Shown one piece after another: positions 47,881-57,629 of a stretch of DNA of 64,000 bases (its first letter is position 1; each line of letters opens with the position of its first letter). The notes under the pieces are model-generated. The model worked only from the letters and a program-made list of their open reading frames with translations, was not told the DNA's origin and did not search any database. The stretch covers positions 56,378 to 120,377 of the forward strand of contig JBEKKR010000008.1 in assembly GCA_050010635.1 (NCBI GenBank), in the 5' to 3' direction. The translations under genes and the position numbers were made by a program. This stretch comes from Candidatus Limnocylindrales bacterium. GTDB lineage: Bacteria; Chloroflexota; Limnocylindria; Limnocylindrales; CSP1-4.

Positions 47881-47979
47881 CCCTCTCGGGCGGACTCTTC
47901 GGCGCACGAACCCCCTCACCTGATCTACCGAGCTTGCCGGCGAGTTCGCGCTTGTCCGCAAGCCTGAAGGGAGACTCCC

Positions 47980-48234
47980 ATGGCTGACGAGAACACAGAG
48001 GCAGCGGCCCCGAGTCCGAAGCCCGAGGCGGACCGCAGCAGGTCCTCGTTCCGTTCCGCCCCCGCGGCGGCCTCGACCGTCGACAGCCGCCAGAACGGCG
48101 GCGCCGGCGTCCAGCGGAGCCATCTCCGCAACCGCAAGGCCTGGCTCAAGGGCCGTATTCGCGCCGGCCAGACCTGGTCCCAGCGCAAGAACGCCAGCCT
48201 GACCTACTGCCCGGCCAAGGCTCGAGCCAGCTAG
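47980..48234 (+). CDS. Small basic hypothetical protein (84 aa)
   Basis: Strong RBS AAGGGAG 6 nt before the ATG; K/R-rich C-terminal half. Confidence 0.45.
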   Translation: MADENTEAAAPSPKPEADRSRSSFRSAPAAASTVDSRQNGGAGVQRSHLRNRKAWLKGRIRAGQTWSQRKNASLTYCPAKARAS

Positions 48235-48300
48235 GCGATCTTGGGCCGGGCTCGACCCGGCCTTCGCTCCAACCGGACCGCGGCCGGCCGCGCCCCGAGG

Positions 48301-48732
48301 CTAGCGGCCGTGCCGCTCGCGGGCCAGCTCGTTCAGCCGCGCGTCCGAGATGCCGAAGTGGTGGGCGACCTCGTGCCGCACGGTGTCGGCCACGCCCAGC
48401 GCCAGCGACTCCGGATCGCGGAACTGCCGCAAGTGCGGTCCGCGGAATATCGTGATCTTGCTCGCGTAGGCGGCGTTCTCCGCGCCCCACGCCGTCCGCG
48501 GCACTCCCGTGTAGAGCCCCAGCAGCCCCCAAGCTCCGACGGATGTCAGCTGGTCGGGCGTGGGTTCGTCCTCGATCACCACCGCGACGCTGCCGAGCCG
48601 CTCCCGGAAGACGTCCGGCAGCGAATCGAGAGCGGCGAACACGAGCGCCTCGAAGGAGTCATCGCCGGGCTCGGGCGCGCCGGAGGCGTCGGCGAGGTCG
48701 GCTTCGCTGGGTGGATCTGGCTCGGGCGGCAT
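48301..48732 (-). CDS. Zn-metallopeptidase-family protein (HExxH)
   Basis: HEVAHHFG zinc-binding motif in a conserved 140-aa metallopeptidase-family scaffold with an acidic N-terminus. Confidence 0.7.
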   Translation of the reverse strand: MPPEPDPPSEADLADASGAPEPGDDSFEALVFAALDSLPDVFRERLGSVAVVIEDEPTPDQLTSVGAWGLLGLYTGVPRTAWGAENAAYASKITIFRGPHLRQFRDPESLALGVADTVRHEVAHHFGISDARLNELARERHGR

Positions 48733-48779
48733 TCAGCCATTATCGGGCCTTGCTCCGGAATACCCGAACGGGTTCCAGG

Positions 48780-49511
48780 ATGGGCGCCCGCGTACCTGTC
48801 ACCATTCCGGGCATGACCCCAAGCCTCACGCTCCGCGCCATGCCCACGCCGCAGGCCATCCTCTTCGACCTGGACGGAACGCTCGTCGACACCGTGCGCC
48901 TGCGCATCGAAGCCTGGACCGAGGCGTTGCGGCAGCACGGCGTCGCGGTCGATCACGATCGACTGGCCGGCCTGATCGGGTCCGACGGTCGTCGGCTCGC
49001 CCGCGAAATGTCCCGAGAGGCCGGACGGGAGTTCGACGAGGCAGAGGCGAAGGTCGTCGACGACCTCAGCGGCGCCATCTTCGATGAGCTGAACGCCACG
49101 CCCGCCCCGCTGCCGGGCGCAACGGAGTTGTTGAGCGCGCTCGAGCTGAGCCACCTGACCTTCGCCATCGCGACATCGAGCCTGCCGGGCCAGGTCATGG
49201 CCTCGGTGAGGTCGCTGACCCTGCCGGCCGAGCCGCCGATCGTGGACGGCAGCCACGTGGCCCACGCCAAGCCGGCTCCGGACCTGCTGCTGGCGGCGGC
49301 AGCTCAGCTGGGCGTGGCGCCCGAGGGCTGCTGGTACGTGGGCGACTCGACGTGGGACATGATCGCCAGCGCCGCGGCCGGGATGACCAGCATCGGCGTG
49401 ACCACCGGCGCCGCGGACTCGGACGCGCTGACGGCCGCCGGGGCCACGGTCACGATCGAAGACCTCACCGCCTTGCTCGCCGAGTTGAGGCGGCGAGGCC
49501 TGCCGACGTAG
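48780..49511 (+). CDS. HAD-superfamily hydrolase (phosphoglycolate phosphatase-like)
   Basis: FDLDGTLVDT motif I, ATSS motif II, GDSTWD motif IV; start at 48780 or 48813. Confidence 0.75.
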   Translation: MGARVPVTIPGMTPSLTLRAMPTPQAILFDLDGTLVDTVRLRIEAWTEALRQHGVAVDHDRLAGLIGSDGRRLAREMSREAGREFDEAEAKVVDDLSGAIFDELNATPAPLPGATELLSALELSHLTFAIATSSLPGQVMASVRSLTLPAEPPIVDGSHVAHAKPAPDLLLAAAAQLGVAPEGCWYVGDSTWDMIASAAAGMTSIGVTTGAADSDALTAAGATVTIEDLTALLAELRRRGLPT

Positions 49512-49784
49512 TCGACGCCGGCGGAACGCCGCGGGCGCAAGTGGCCCAACGCTACTGCCCGGGTGGTCGCTACCTGCTCGACACTGCCAAGGGCGCGGAC
49601 CTCGGCGGCGACCCTTCCGCCGGCACCATCGTGGCCGACTTCAACTTTGCCTACCAGCCCTCGTGCGCGTTCGATCCGCGCTGGTCGTGCCCGCTCTCTC
49701 CGCCCGAGAACCGCCTCGACCTGGAGATTCGAGCCGGCGAGCGGATCGCCTAGGTCGCCGCCCAAAACCGCGCGCGGGTCGCGG

Positions 49785-51695
49785 TCAGCCGGGGATGCTC
49801 GCCGAGTCGTACCAGGCGCGGTAGTCGCGGACCGATCGACCCCAGTCGAGAACGTGGCACATCGCCGGCAGGTTCGCGATCAGCCGCCCGTAGTCCGAAC
49901 GGTGGTCGCGGTACAGCGCCGCGGCCGACACGATTGCTTCGCCGAGGGCCGCGGCCTGGGCCCGGAAGAGGGCGGTCGATGCGCGCGCGACCGGGTCCTG
50001 CTCGCCCTGCATGGCGCTCTGCGCCGCTTCCTGCCAGGCGCGATCCGCCGGCACGGTCTCGCGGTAGAGGAGCCCGGTCGAATCCTTGGGGCTGATGCCA
50101 TGGTCGATGACCTGCTGGACGAGGCCGCCGGTGGCCCGGGCGATCACCGGCGTCAGCCAGACATACGGCTCGGTGACGCCGCCGAACGGCTCGTACAGCG
50201 ACGGCCAGACCGACCACGTGACGCCCCGGACCAGGTCGGCGTAGATGTCGGCGATGCGGAATGGCAGAACGACCACCTCCCCGGCCCGCCACTCGGCCAG
50301 CCTGGCAAGGAAGTCGAGATTCAGCCGCGTGTCCGGATCCGAGGCCATGGGGCTGAGCGGCGAGATTATGTACTTGCCGAGCCCCGCCGGCATCCTTTCG
50401 ATCGCGGCGGCAAAGACGTCGAAGCCCTTCTGCCCGGGGTCCAGGCGGCCGGTCATAAGGAAGACCGGCACATCGTCGGGAAGTCCGGCCAGCGGACGGC
50501 CGTCGCCACCATCCAGCGTGCCGTAAACGGGCTCGTTCGGGTTGGCCGCGGCAACCAGCCGCTCGAGGTAGTCCCCGAGCTCGCCGAGGGCCTTCCGCCG
50601 CGCGGCCAGCTTCAGCTCGAGCAGTGCACTCGTCCGTCCGCGAAGGGCCGCGGCGATCGCCCTGTCCAGGGCCGGATCCGGGCCCGGCAACTGGGCGAAG
50701 AGCCCGTTGTCGATGCCGACGACGCCCTGGCGGGCGAGGATCTTCTGGTAGTGCGCGACGAAATGCGCGGTCTGCAGCGGGTCCGTCGTCAACTCCTGGG
50801 CGAAGCGCCGGCTGACCGTCGATATCGGCGCGTCTGCGAGCGGGATCATGCGCGCCAGCACCGTGTGGTTGTCGTGGTGCAAGAGGGGCCAGCGTTCGGG
50901 CCCGAGGCGGTCGGTGATCTTCGCCAGGACGTGGTCGGACAGTCGGTGGTCGTACGGGTTGTGGAGGGTCAGCAGCACCGATGCCGAGAAGCCCTTCAGC
51001 GGGCCGCCGAGAAGAGCTTCCTTGACGGTCAGTGCGACCGCCGCCAGCTCCCAGTCCTGGGCGTGGACGATGAGGTTGTGGGCGATCCGGCCTTCGAGAG
51101 CCAGCGTCGCCAGGACGGCAGGTATCGCCTTCGCGGCGAACAGCGCGTCGCGCAGCAGCTTCGAGTGGTTGCCGTCCCGGTGCGCTCGCGTCTCGTCGCC
51201 GAACACGTACGGATCGGCCCCGCCGGCGCCGCCGTCGGCATCGAAGAACCCGGTGGCCTCGAACAGGTACCACTCCCGCCCGCCCTCCGTGGCGAGGTAG
51301 ACCGAAACCGGCACCTCGACTCCGTCGTAGACAACCGAGCAGGCGCCGCACGACTCCAGGCTCGACCGGGGCGGCGCGGTTCGCAAGCCGGCGTGCAGCG
51401 GGCTCAGCCGGATCACCTGCTCGCCAACGGCCGCCAGCTCGCCCGGAAGCATGGCCGCGATCGCGGCGATGCCCCCCGATCGGGCCCAGCGGTTCTCGTA
51501 GCTCAGGAAGACGACCGTACGCGGGCCTGCCACGGCCCGGCTCCGATCCAGACGACGCAGCTCCGCCTTCGAGAAGAGGGCGGCCAGGGCGGTCCGGTCG
51601 TGCTTCCAGCCGGGCAGGACGGTCGAGGTCTCAACGTCGGCGAACGACCACGCGTCGGGGCGCTGGATCGGCACCTCGAACGTGTGACCGGCCAC
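49785..51695 (-). CDS. Divergent GT5-like (glycogen/starch synthase-fold) glycosyltransferase, 636 aa
   Basis: N-terminal VVFLSYENRWARSGGIAAIAAMLPGELA resembles the GlgA K-x-G-G-L region; C-terminal GRLDPGQKGFDV and YEPFGGVTEPYVWLTPVIARATGGLVQQV resemble GlgA C-terminal motifs. Confidence 0.6.
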   Translation of the reverse strand: MAGHTFEVPIQRPDAWSFADVETSTVLPGWKHDRTALAALFSKAELRRLDRSRAVAGPRTVVFLSYENRWARSGGIAAIAAMLPGELAAVGEQVIRLSPLHAGLRTAPPRSSLESCGACSVVYDGVEVPVSVYLATEGGREWYLFEATGFFDADGGAGGADPYVFGDETRAHRDGNHSKLLRDALFAAKAIPAVLATLALEGRIAHNLIVHAQDWELAAVALTVKEALLGGPLKGFSASVLLTLHNPYDHRLSDHVLAKITDRLGPERWPLLHHDNHTVLARMIPLADAPISTVSRRFAQELTTDPLQTAHFVAHYQKILARQGVVGIDNGLFAQLPGPDPALDRAIAAALRGRTSALLELKLAARRKALGELGDYLERLVAAANPNEPVYGTLDGGDGRPLAGLPDDVPVFLMTGRLDPGQKGFDVFAAAIERMPAGLGKYIISPLSPMASDPDTRLNLDFLARLAEWRAGEVVVLPFRIADIYADLVRGVTWSVWPSLYEPFGGVTEPYVWLTPVIARATGGLVQQVIDHGISPKDSTGLLYRETVPADRAWQEAAQSAMQGEQDPVARASTALFRAQAAALGEAIVSAAALYRDHRSDYGRLIANLPAMCHVLDWGRSVRDYRAWYDSASIPG

Positions 51696-51810
51696 TGCCT
51701 GCTCCTTGTTCGTGATCTCCCGGGCGGTTCGATTATGAGCCTTCCCGTGGCCGCCCCGATCCGGCGCATACCACCCGGCGGGCGTCGCTCGCGGCCGCTA
51801 TGCTCGACCG

Positions 51811-52635
51811 ATGGAGCGCTTCGTCGAGGTTCCCGGCGGCCGGCTATTCGCGGTGAGCGAGGGCTCGGGCCCGCCGATCGTTCTCATGCACGCCGCCATC
51901 GTCGATCTCCGCGCCTGGGACGCGATGGTTCCGGGGCTCGTCGCCGCGGGCTTCCGCGTCGTCCGCTACGACTACCGGGCCTTCGGTGCCTCAACCACGG
52001 AAGACGTCGAGTTCAGCAACCGGGCCGATCTGCGGGCGGTCATGGACGCCTTCGGGATCGGGCGGGCGGCCCTGGTCGGCAACAGCCGCGGCGGGATCAT
52101 TGCCATCGACGCGGCGATCGAGTTCCCGGAGCGAGTCGTCGCGGTCGTCGGCCTCGGGGCAGGGCTGGGGGGCTTCGAGGGTGAGCTCACGCCCGAGGAG
52201 CTGGCCATCATCGAGAAGGCGGAGCGCCTCGAATCGGCCGCCGAACCCGACGTCGAGGCGATAGTCGACCTGGAGGTGCCATTCTGGGTGAACGGCCCGG
52301 GCCAGCCGCCGGACCGGGTGGACCCGGCGATCAGGGAGGCCGTCCGGGCGATGGATCGGCCGCTCTACGAAGCCGGGCGGGTCAAGGGCCGGTCCATCAA
52401 GCTCGATCCGCCGGCCAACGAGCGACTCGGCGATCTGAGCTGCCCCGTCCTGGCGGTTGCCGGTGCCCTCGATCTCTCCGAGATAGTCCAGACCGCGCGA
52501 CACCTCGAGGCCGCCGCCCCGAACGCGCGGGCTGTGATCTGGCCGGACGTGGCCCACATGATCGGCATGGAAGCGCCGGACCGGCTCAACGCCCTGATCG
52601 TCGAGTTCCTCGCGCCGCTGCGCCCCTGGAGGTAG
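51811..52635 (+). CDS. Alpha/beta hydrolase
   Basis: VLMHAA ... GNSRGGIIA nucleophile elbow ... C-terminal His region. Confidence 0.8.
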   Translation: MERFVEVPGGRLFAVSEGSGPPIVLMHAAIVDLRAWDAMVPGLVAAGFRVVRYDYRAFGASTTEDVEFSNRADLRAVMDAFGIGRAALVGNSRGGIIAIDAAIEFPERVVAVVGLGAGLGGFEGELTPEELAIIEKAERLESAAEPDVEAIVDLEVPFWVNGPGQPPDRVDPAIREAVRAMDRPLYEAGRVKGRSIKLDPPANERLGDLSCPVLAVAGALDLSEIVQTARHLEAAAPNARAVIWPDVAHMIGMEAPDRLNALIVEFLAPLRPWR

Positions 52636-53094
52636 CGGTGGCAGGACCCATTTCCGGCCGGGCTTTCGGGATCGCCCGCATTAGGACCTTGCGGCAGTTG
52701 TATTGTCTGCGACGGGCGCGCACGATGGTTATCTGACCGACCCCCCGTGCCGATGCCTCGGTTTCCGAGACTGCGTCAGGCCGGCAGCCGGAAGGTTCCC
52801 GTGCTCGTTCCGTTTCCCCGTCTCCATCCCGGGCTGCCCTATTGGCGGCCGGAGTCGGCGGACCGCGTCGAACGCCGGGCGATGGCCATGTGGCCCCGGC
52901 TGAATCATCGAACCCTTCACCGGTGCCGCGGCAATCCAGCCCGCATCGCTGCCTACATCGCCCACCGCACCACGATGACGCCCAAGGCCATCGAAAAGCT
53001 CATCGCCGACAATTAGTCGGGCAGCCTGGGCGTGGCCGCGGCGATGCCGTGCGGCCCGGGCGGCCGGCGGCCCAGGAGCGGGCTCCGGCGGGAT

Positions 53095-54600
53095 TTAGCT
53101 CTTCGCGGACGGATCGCCGATGCGGCCCATGAACAGGACGGCGCCCGTGGACTCCTCGCGGATGAAGTAGAGGAACGGCTTGTCCACGTGGAACTGCACG
53201 TGACGTGGCGTGGCCACCGGGCCGGCCGAGCCGGCCCTTATCGACACAGGGGTGACCGCGGCCGCGGTCACGCCCTGCTCCACCACGTCGATGTTGGCCT
53301 GGTGGATCACCTTGGCGACATACAGGCGCTCGACGGTAGTGATGCCCGAGAGATCGGCGCCGTTCCGGTCGAACAGCGTGGGCATGCCCATGGCCGCCAG
53401 CATGCTCGCCAGGTCGACGCGGGTCTCGGCGGAGAAGCGGGGCAGTGTCAGGTCCACGTCGTACTTCTCAGCCGCGAAGTCGATCGAGGCGAGCCCGGCC
53501 GCGGTGAGCCCGCTCACGAACGAGACCATGGAATCGGGAACGACGATCGTCATCGACAGCGAGGCGGAGCCCAGGGGCAGCACCACCGCCCTGTAGCCGG
53601 TCCCGGCCGAGTAGGACAGCGTCCGCTCCGCCGCCATCGTCGGAACCGAGACCTGGGACCCGTCGCCGCGCGTGAACGGCAGCGACTTCGTGGCGTTCGG
53701 ATCGAACTGGGTTTCCCAGGCTGCCTTGAGGTAGATCGCGTTCGCGAGGGCAAGGCGAGTCATGGTGTCGATATCGCCCGGCTGGAGGACCGCCGGGATG
53801 CGCCCCTTCGTCCGGTCACTGGCCCACTTGTTGATGATCTGGCGGGCGCCTTCGGGATCGTTCTTGTAGTCGAGCAGACCCAGCCCGGCCCCGAACCCGG
53901 AGCTCAGGGAGTCGAGGTAGGCCTGCTGCAGGCTCATGCCCTTCTGGGCAAAGGCGGCGTTTGAGACGTCGAGCTCGACTACCGGCTGCTTGCCGGTATG
54001 GTCCGGAGTGGCCGCAGGATCGTTCGAGCCCCAGCCGGAATCGTCGTACTCGGTCTGGGATTGGAGAGCCAGGATCAGGGCCACGATCTCGGCGGCCTGC
54101 CCGGTGGAACCGAAATCGTGCATGACCTTGTCCATCTCGGTCGCCGTGAGGCCCCGCGCGCCGGGCCGGACCATGGCCAGGGCGAGGGCGATGCTCGTGG
54201 GCGAAGCGCACAGGTTGCCCGTCGGGTCGAGCCGGCGGAGCAGGTCGAACCCGAAGTCGTTGATCTCGGTGCCGGCGAGGCGGCCGGCGTCAGCGGCCGG
54301 CGCAAGCAGCCCGGCCTTGCCCAGTGCGATCGCGAACTCGCCGCCCGGGTCCTGCGTCGTCAAGGGAGTGGGCCCCTCCGACGGCGACAGCGAAGGCGCC
54401 CCCGTGGGCGATGGCCAGGGCGTGGAGCTCGGCCAAACCGTGGTGGGGCCACTGTTCGCCGTGGGGGTTGCCGTCGCCGTGCCGCAGGCCCCTGCAACCA
54501 CGACCGCCATCAGCGCCGCTCCGGCGCCGCGGAGTCTCTTCTCGCCGCCGTGCCCCGGTGCCGGCAACAGGTTCCTCAGCCGCAGCCATCCCGCCAACAT
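53095..54600 (-). CDS. Serpin-family serine protease inhibitor with lipoprotein-type signal and low-complexity N-terminal linker
   Basis: Serpin core (NAIYLKAAWETQFDP ... reactive-centre-loop region GVTAAAVTPVSIRAGSA ... FHVDKPFLYFIRE); N-terminus ALMAVVVAGACG plus Pro/Ser/Thr-rich linker. Confidence 0.8.
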   Translation of the reverse strand: MLAGWLRLRNLLPAPGHGGEKRLRGAGAALMAVVVAGACGTATATPTANSGPTTVWPSSTPWPSPTGAPSLSPSEGPTPLTTQDPGGEFAIALGKAGLLAPAADAGRLAGTEINDFGFDLLRRLDPTGNLCASPTSIALALAMVRPGARGLTATEMDKVMHDFGSTGQAAEIVALILALQSQTEYDDSGWGSNDPAATPDHTGKQPVVELDVSNAAFAQKGMSLQQAYLDSLSSGFGAGLGLLDYKNDPEGARQIINKWASDRTKGRIPAVLQPGDIDTMTRLALANAIYLKAAWETQFDPNATKSLPFTRGDGSQVSVPTMAAERTLSYSAGTGYRAVVLPLGSASLSMTIVVPDSMVSFVSGLTAAGLASIDFAAEKYDVDLTLPRFSAETRVDLASMLAAMGMPTLFDRNGADLSGITTVERLYVAKVIHQANIDVVEQGVTAAAVTPVSIRAGSAGPVATPRHVQFHVDKPFLYFIREESTGAVLFMGRIGDPSAKS

Positions 54601-54802
54601 GGTCGCCCTCTTTTCTGATTGACCCCTAGGTCGAGGCCGTCACAGTTAGGACGTCATTGTCCACCTCTCAGTTGCGGCCCAGTGCGCCGGCGCTACGGAA
54701 AGTCGTCGAGCCCGCTTCGCCGCGGACTCCGGTACGATCTGGCGACCCGCCCGGTCGCGTGCCGCCTTCAACGGCATCGCCCCGGCCTTTCCGTGAGGAA
54801 TC

Positions 54803-55432
54803 ATGGCGACGCAGTTCAATACCGTCGTATTCGACCTGGGCGGCGTCCTGATCGACTGGAACCCGCGGCACCTGTACCGCAAGATCTTCGGCGCCGACGA
54901 GGCGGGCATGGAGAGGTTCCTGGCCGAGGTCTGCACGCCCGCGTGGAACTCGAGTCTCGACGCCGGCCGGCCGTTCTCGGAGGCCATCGCCGAGCTGATC
55001 GCCGCTCACCCGGACCAGGCCGAGCTGATCGCCGCCTATCGGGAGCGCTGGCCGGAGATGCTCGGTAGCCCGTTCGAGGAGACGGTCGCGATCCTGCGCG
55101 AAGTCCGGCGGGCCGGCTACCGGACATACGCCCTCAGCAACTGGTCGGCCGAGACTTTCGGGATCACGCGGCCGCTCTTCCCATTCCTGGAGGAGATGGA
55201 CGGGGTCCTCATCTCCGGCGAGGTGGGGGTCGGCAAGCCGAACCCGGCCATCTTCCGCGAGTTCCTGTCGCGCTTCGACATCTGGCCCGCCAGGACGGTG
55301 TACGTCGACGACTGGGACCTGAACGTGGCCGCGGCCGCGGCACTCGGAATGACAGCGATCCGCTTCTACGACGCCGCCCGGCTGCGTGCGGATCTGCGCC
55401 GCCTGGGCTTGCCGCTCGAGGCCGGCTCCTGA
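54803..55432 (+). CDS. HAD-superfamily hydrolase (haloacid dehalogenase-like)
   Basis: VVFDLGGVLIDW motif I; SNWS motif II; GKPNPAIF ... VDDWDLN motifs III/IV. Confidence 0.8.
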   Translation: MATQFNTVVFDLGGVLIDWNPRHLYRKIFGADEAGMERFLAEVCTPAWNSSLDAGRPFSEAIAELIAAHPDQAELIAAYRERWPEMLGSPFEETVAILREVRRAGYRTYALSNWSAETFGITRPLFPFLEEMDGVLISGEVGVGKPNPAIFREFLSRFDIWPARTVYVDDWDLNVAAAAALGMTAIRFYDAARLRADLRRLGLPLEAGS

Positions 55433-55520
55433 ACGACGGCAGCGCGGCCACCCGGCGCCGCGTCCCCGCCGGCGCCTAGACTGAGCCCGCGCCCCTACCG
55501 GCTGATCGCACGCCCGGAGG

Positions 55521-56474
55521 TTGAGGTTGATCGCCCTGGCCCGGCTCTACGTTCGGCAACTCGACCGCCACGACACGACGGGTCTCGCGGCCGAGCTGGC
55601 CTTCCGGTTCATGTTCGCGACGTTTCCGTTCGCGCTCTTCCTGGCCGCACTGGGAGCCTTCGTGGCCCCCTGGCTGGGTGTCGCCGACCCGACCGCGCGG
55701 ATCGTGGCCGCTCTCGGCGACAGCATCCCCTCGGACCTGGTCGGCCCCGTTACGTCGCAGCTGAACAAGGTCCTCGCGGACACCGAGCCGGCTTTCCTGT
55801 CGGTTGGGGCGCTCGTCACCGTGTACTCGGCGGCCGGCGGCATCAACGCCCTGATGAAGGCGATGAACCGGGCGTTCGGAGTGAGGGAGACGCGGATGCT
55901 GCCGGGCCGGATCGCCCTGGGCATGGCACTCACGTTCCTCGGCGGCCTCGGGATCGTGATCTCCGTCGTGGCGGTCGTCGGCGGGACGCTCGTGACCCGC
56001 GACCTCGCCGATCGGGCCGGGTTGGGCGGCGCGACGTGGACCGTCCTTTCGCTCCTGCGATGGCCGGTCGCCTTCGCCGTCCTGCTGGTCGCGATCGGAG
56101 CGCTATTCCGCTACGCCTCGTGCGTTCGGCCGACCTGGCGCTGGACTCTCGCCGGATCGGCGACCTTCGCCGTCGCCTGGCTCGTCGTCACCTACGGGTT
56201 CGGGCTGTACGTCTCGCGAATCGGGAACTTCGACGCCACCTACGGCGCCCTCGGCGGGATCATCGTCCTGATGCTGTGGTACTACCTCACGGCGATCATC
56301 CTGATTTGCGCGGCGGAGCTGACGGCGCTTCTGGCCGCGAGGTTCAATCCGGAGACGCTCGAATGCTCGGTCCGCGAGCCGATCGGCGTGGCGCCAGGAT
56401 CGACGAGCGAGGCCGGCGGATCGGCTGGCGAGGCCGGCGGATCGGCCGATGCGAACGGAGGGCAGCATGGCTGA
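55521..56474 (+). CDS. YihY/BrkB-family membrane protein
   Basis: Six TM; FPFALFLAALGAF ... YGALGGIIVLMLWYYLTAIILICAAEL signature. Confidence 0.8.
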   Translation: MRLIALARLYVRQLDRHDTTGLAAELAFRFMFATFPFALFLAALGAFVAPWLGVADPTARIVAALGDSIPSDLVGPVTSQLNKVLADTEPAFLSVGALVTVYSAAGGINALMKAMNRAFGVRETRMLPGRIALGMALTFLGGLGIVISVVAVVGGTLVTRDLADRAGLGGATWTVLSLLRWPVAFAVLLVAIGALFRYASCVRPTWRWTLAGSATFAVAWLVVTYGFGLYVSRIGNFDATYGALGGIIVLMLWYYLTAIILICAAELTALLAARFNPETLECSVREPIGVAPGSTSEAGGSAGEAGGSADANGGQHG

Positions 56475-56736
56475 ACCACGAACGGTCGCGGGGCAGGCGG
56501 CTCTCTCGGGGATGCGCCCTTACGTCAAGCGCGCGCTCGGCCAGACCATCCTGGCCATCGAAACCGAGGCGGCCGCTCCCTATTTGGCGGCGCTGCGCGA
56601 GGCGGACCGCGTGCTGGAAGCGATCGCCGCCCAGGGCGCGGACTCTCCGTGGGACGCGGCCACTCGGGCCGACCTGGTGAAGCGCGCTCAGGCCGCGCGC
56701 CATGTGGCGGAGCCCCTTCTCGCGCCGCCGGTGTAA
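56467..56736 (+). CDS. Small hypothetical protein (89 aa) overlapping the YihY stop
   Basis: ATG 8 nt before the upstream stop; helical Ala-rich protein. Confidence 0.35.
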   Translation: MAEPRTVAGQAALSGMRPYVKRALGQTILAIETEAAAPYLAALREADRVLEAIAAQGADSPWDAATRADLVKRAQAARHVAEPLLAPPV

Positions 56737-56768
56737 TTCGATTAGGTAACGTCCGCGGCGATAAGGCG

Positions 56769-57629
56769 CTACGCCGTGATCAGGGCGGCTTCGTCCGCCG
56801 TGATCGGGCCCATCCGCCCGGCGAGGTGGCGGGCGTCGGGGCCGACGCCCATCAAGGACGCGGACAGCAGGTTGTGCAGCCAGAGCAGCCCGATGAAATA
56901 GAGCCCGGGAACCTCCGACACGCCCCGATCGTTCCGCGGGACGCCGTACTCGTCGAAGATCGGCAGGTCTACCCAGCTGAAATCCATCCGGTAGCCGGAT
57001 GCCCAGATGACCGTGCTGATGCCGGCCTTCGACAGGTTCAGCTCGAGTGTCTGGGCCGGTTCGAAGTCGAATCCTTCACGGTCGTCCGGGGGCGCCTCCA
57101 TGCCGGTTCGCTCGACATACGTGTCGATCGGGCCCTGGAAGCGCGCCGCGAAGAAGCCGTCGGCGCGGGTGAGGCTCTCCGAGAGGTCCGGCCGCAGCGA
57201 GACCCGCTCGCCGTCGATGCGGTCGAGGTGGCCCAGGAGCGTGATGCCGTCGGCGGCCATGCGGCGAAGGTTCGTCTCGTGGCCGCCGCCGTGGCCCGAC
57301 AGGTGCGGGTTGGCGGCGAAACGCAGCCGCGGGTCCGGGACGGTCTTGATCGTCGGCATTTCGACGCCGAACTCGGGGCCGCGTTCGAAGACCTGCCGTA
57401 ACCACCAGAAGCAGTCGCGGCCGCGATATCGGCGCACCATCCGGCCCGCGCTCCCCACCGCAAGGTAGACCCGTCTGCCGGCCGCGTGGAGCTCCTCGGC
57501 GAGCTGCGCCCCCGTCTGGCCCGATCCCACGATCAGCACCGCGCCGGGCGGCAGGGCAGACTCGCGCCGGTAGTCGTGGGAGTGCAGCCGGGTGATCCGG
57601 AAGGGAAGGGCTCCGGACAGGGCGGGCAT
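56769..57629 (-). pseudogene. 5'-truncated flavin-containing monooxygenase-like gene (only the NAD(P)-binding half onward)
   Basis: Begins at the second Rossmann motif VLIVGSGQTGAQLAEEL; the FAD-binding N-terminus (about 120 aa) is absent in all frames; upstream space is occupied by the sigma fragment. Confidence 0.5.

Noticed and set aside
49563-52184. 873-aa plus-strand ORF (also 49750-51351 minus, 533 aa)
   Set aside because: Arg/Gly/Pro/Ala-rich low-complexity translation, antisense to or out of frame with the well-supported GT5-like gene and overlapping the alpha/beta hydrolase in another frame; typical high-GC shadow ORF.
52650-53094. 89-aa ORF 52747-53016 between the hydrolase and the serpin
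   Set aside because: No RBS, mixed composition, and only the last about 40 residues look protein-like (IAAYIAHRTTMTPKAIEKLIADN); insufficient evidence to call a gene.
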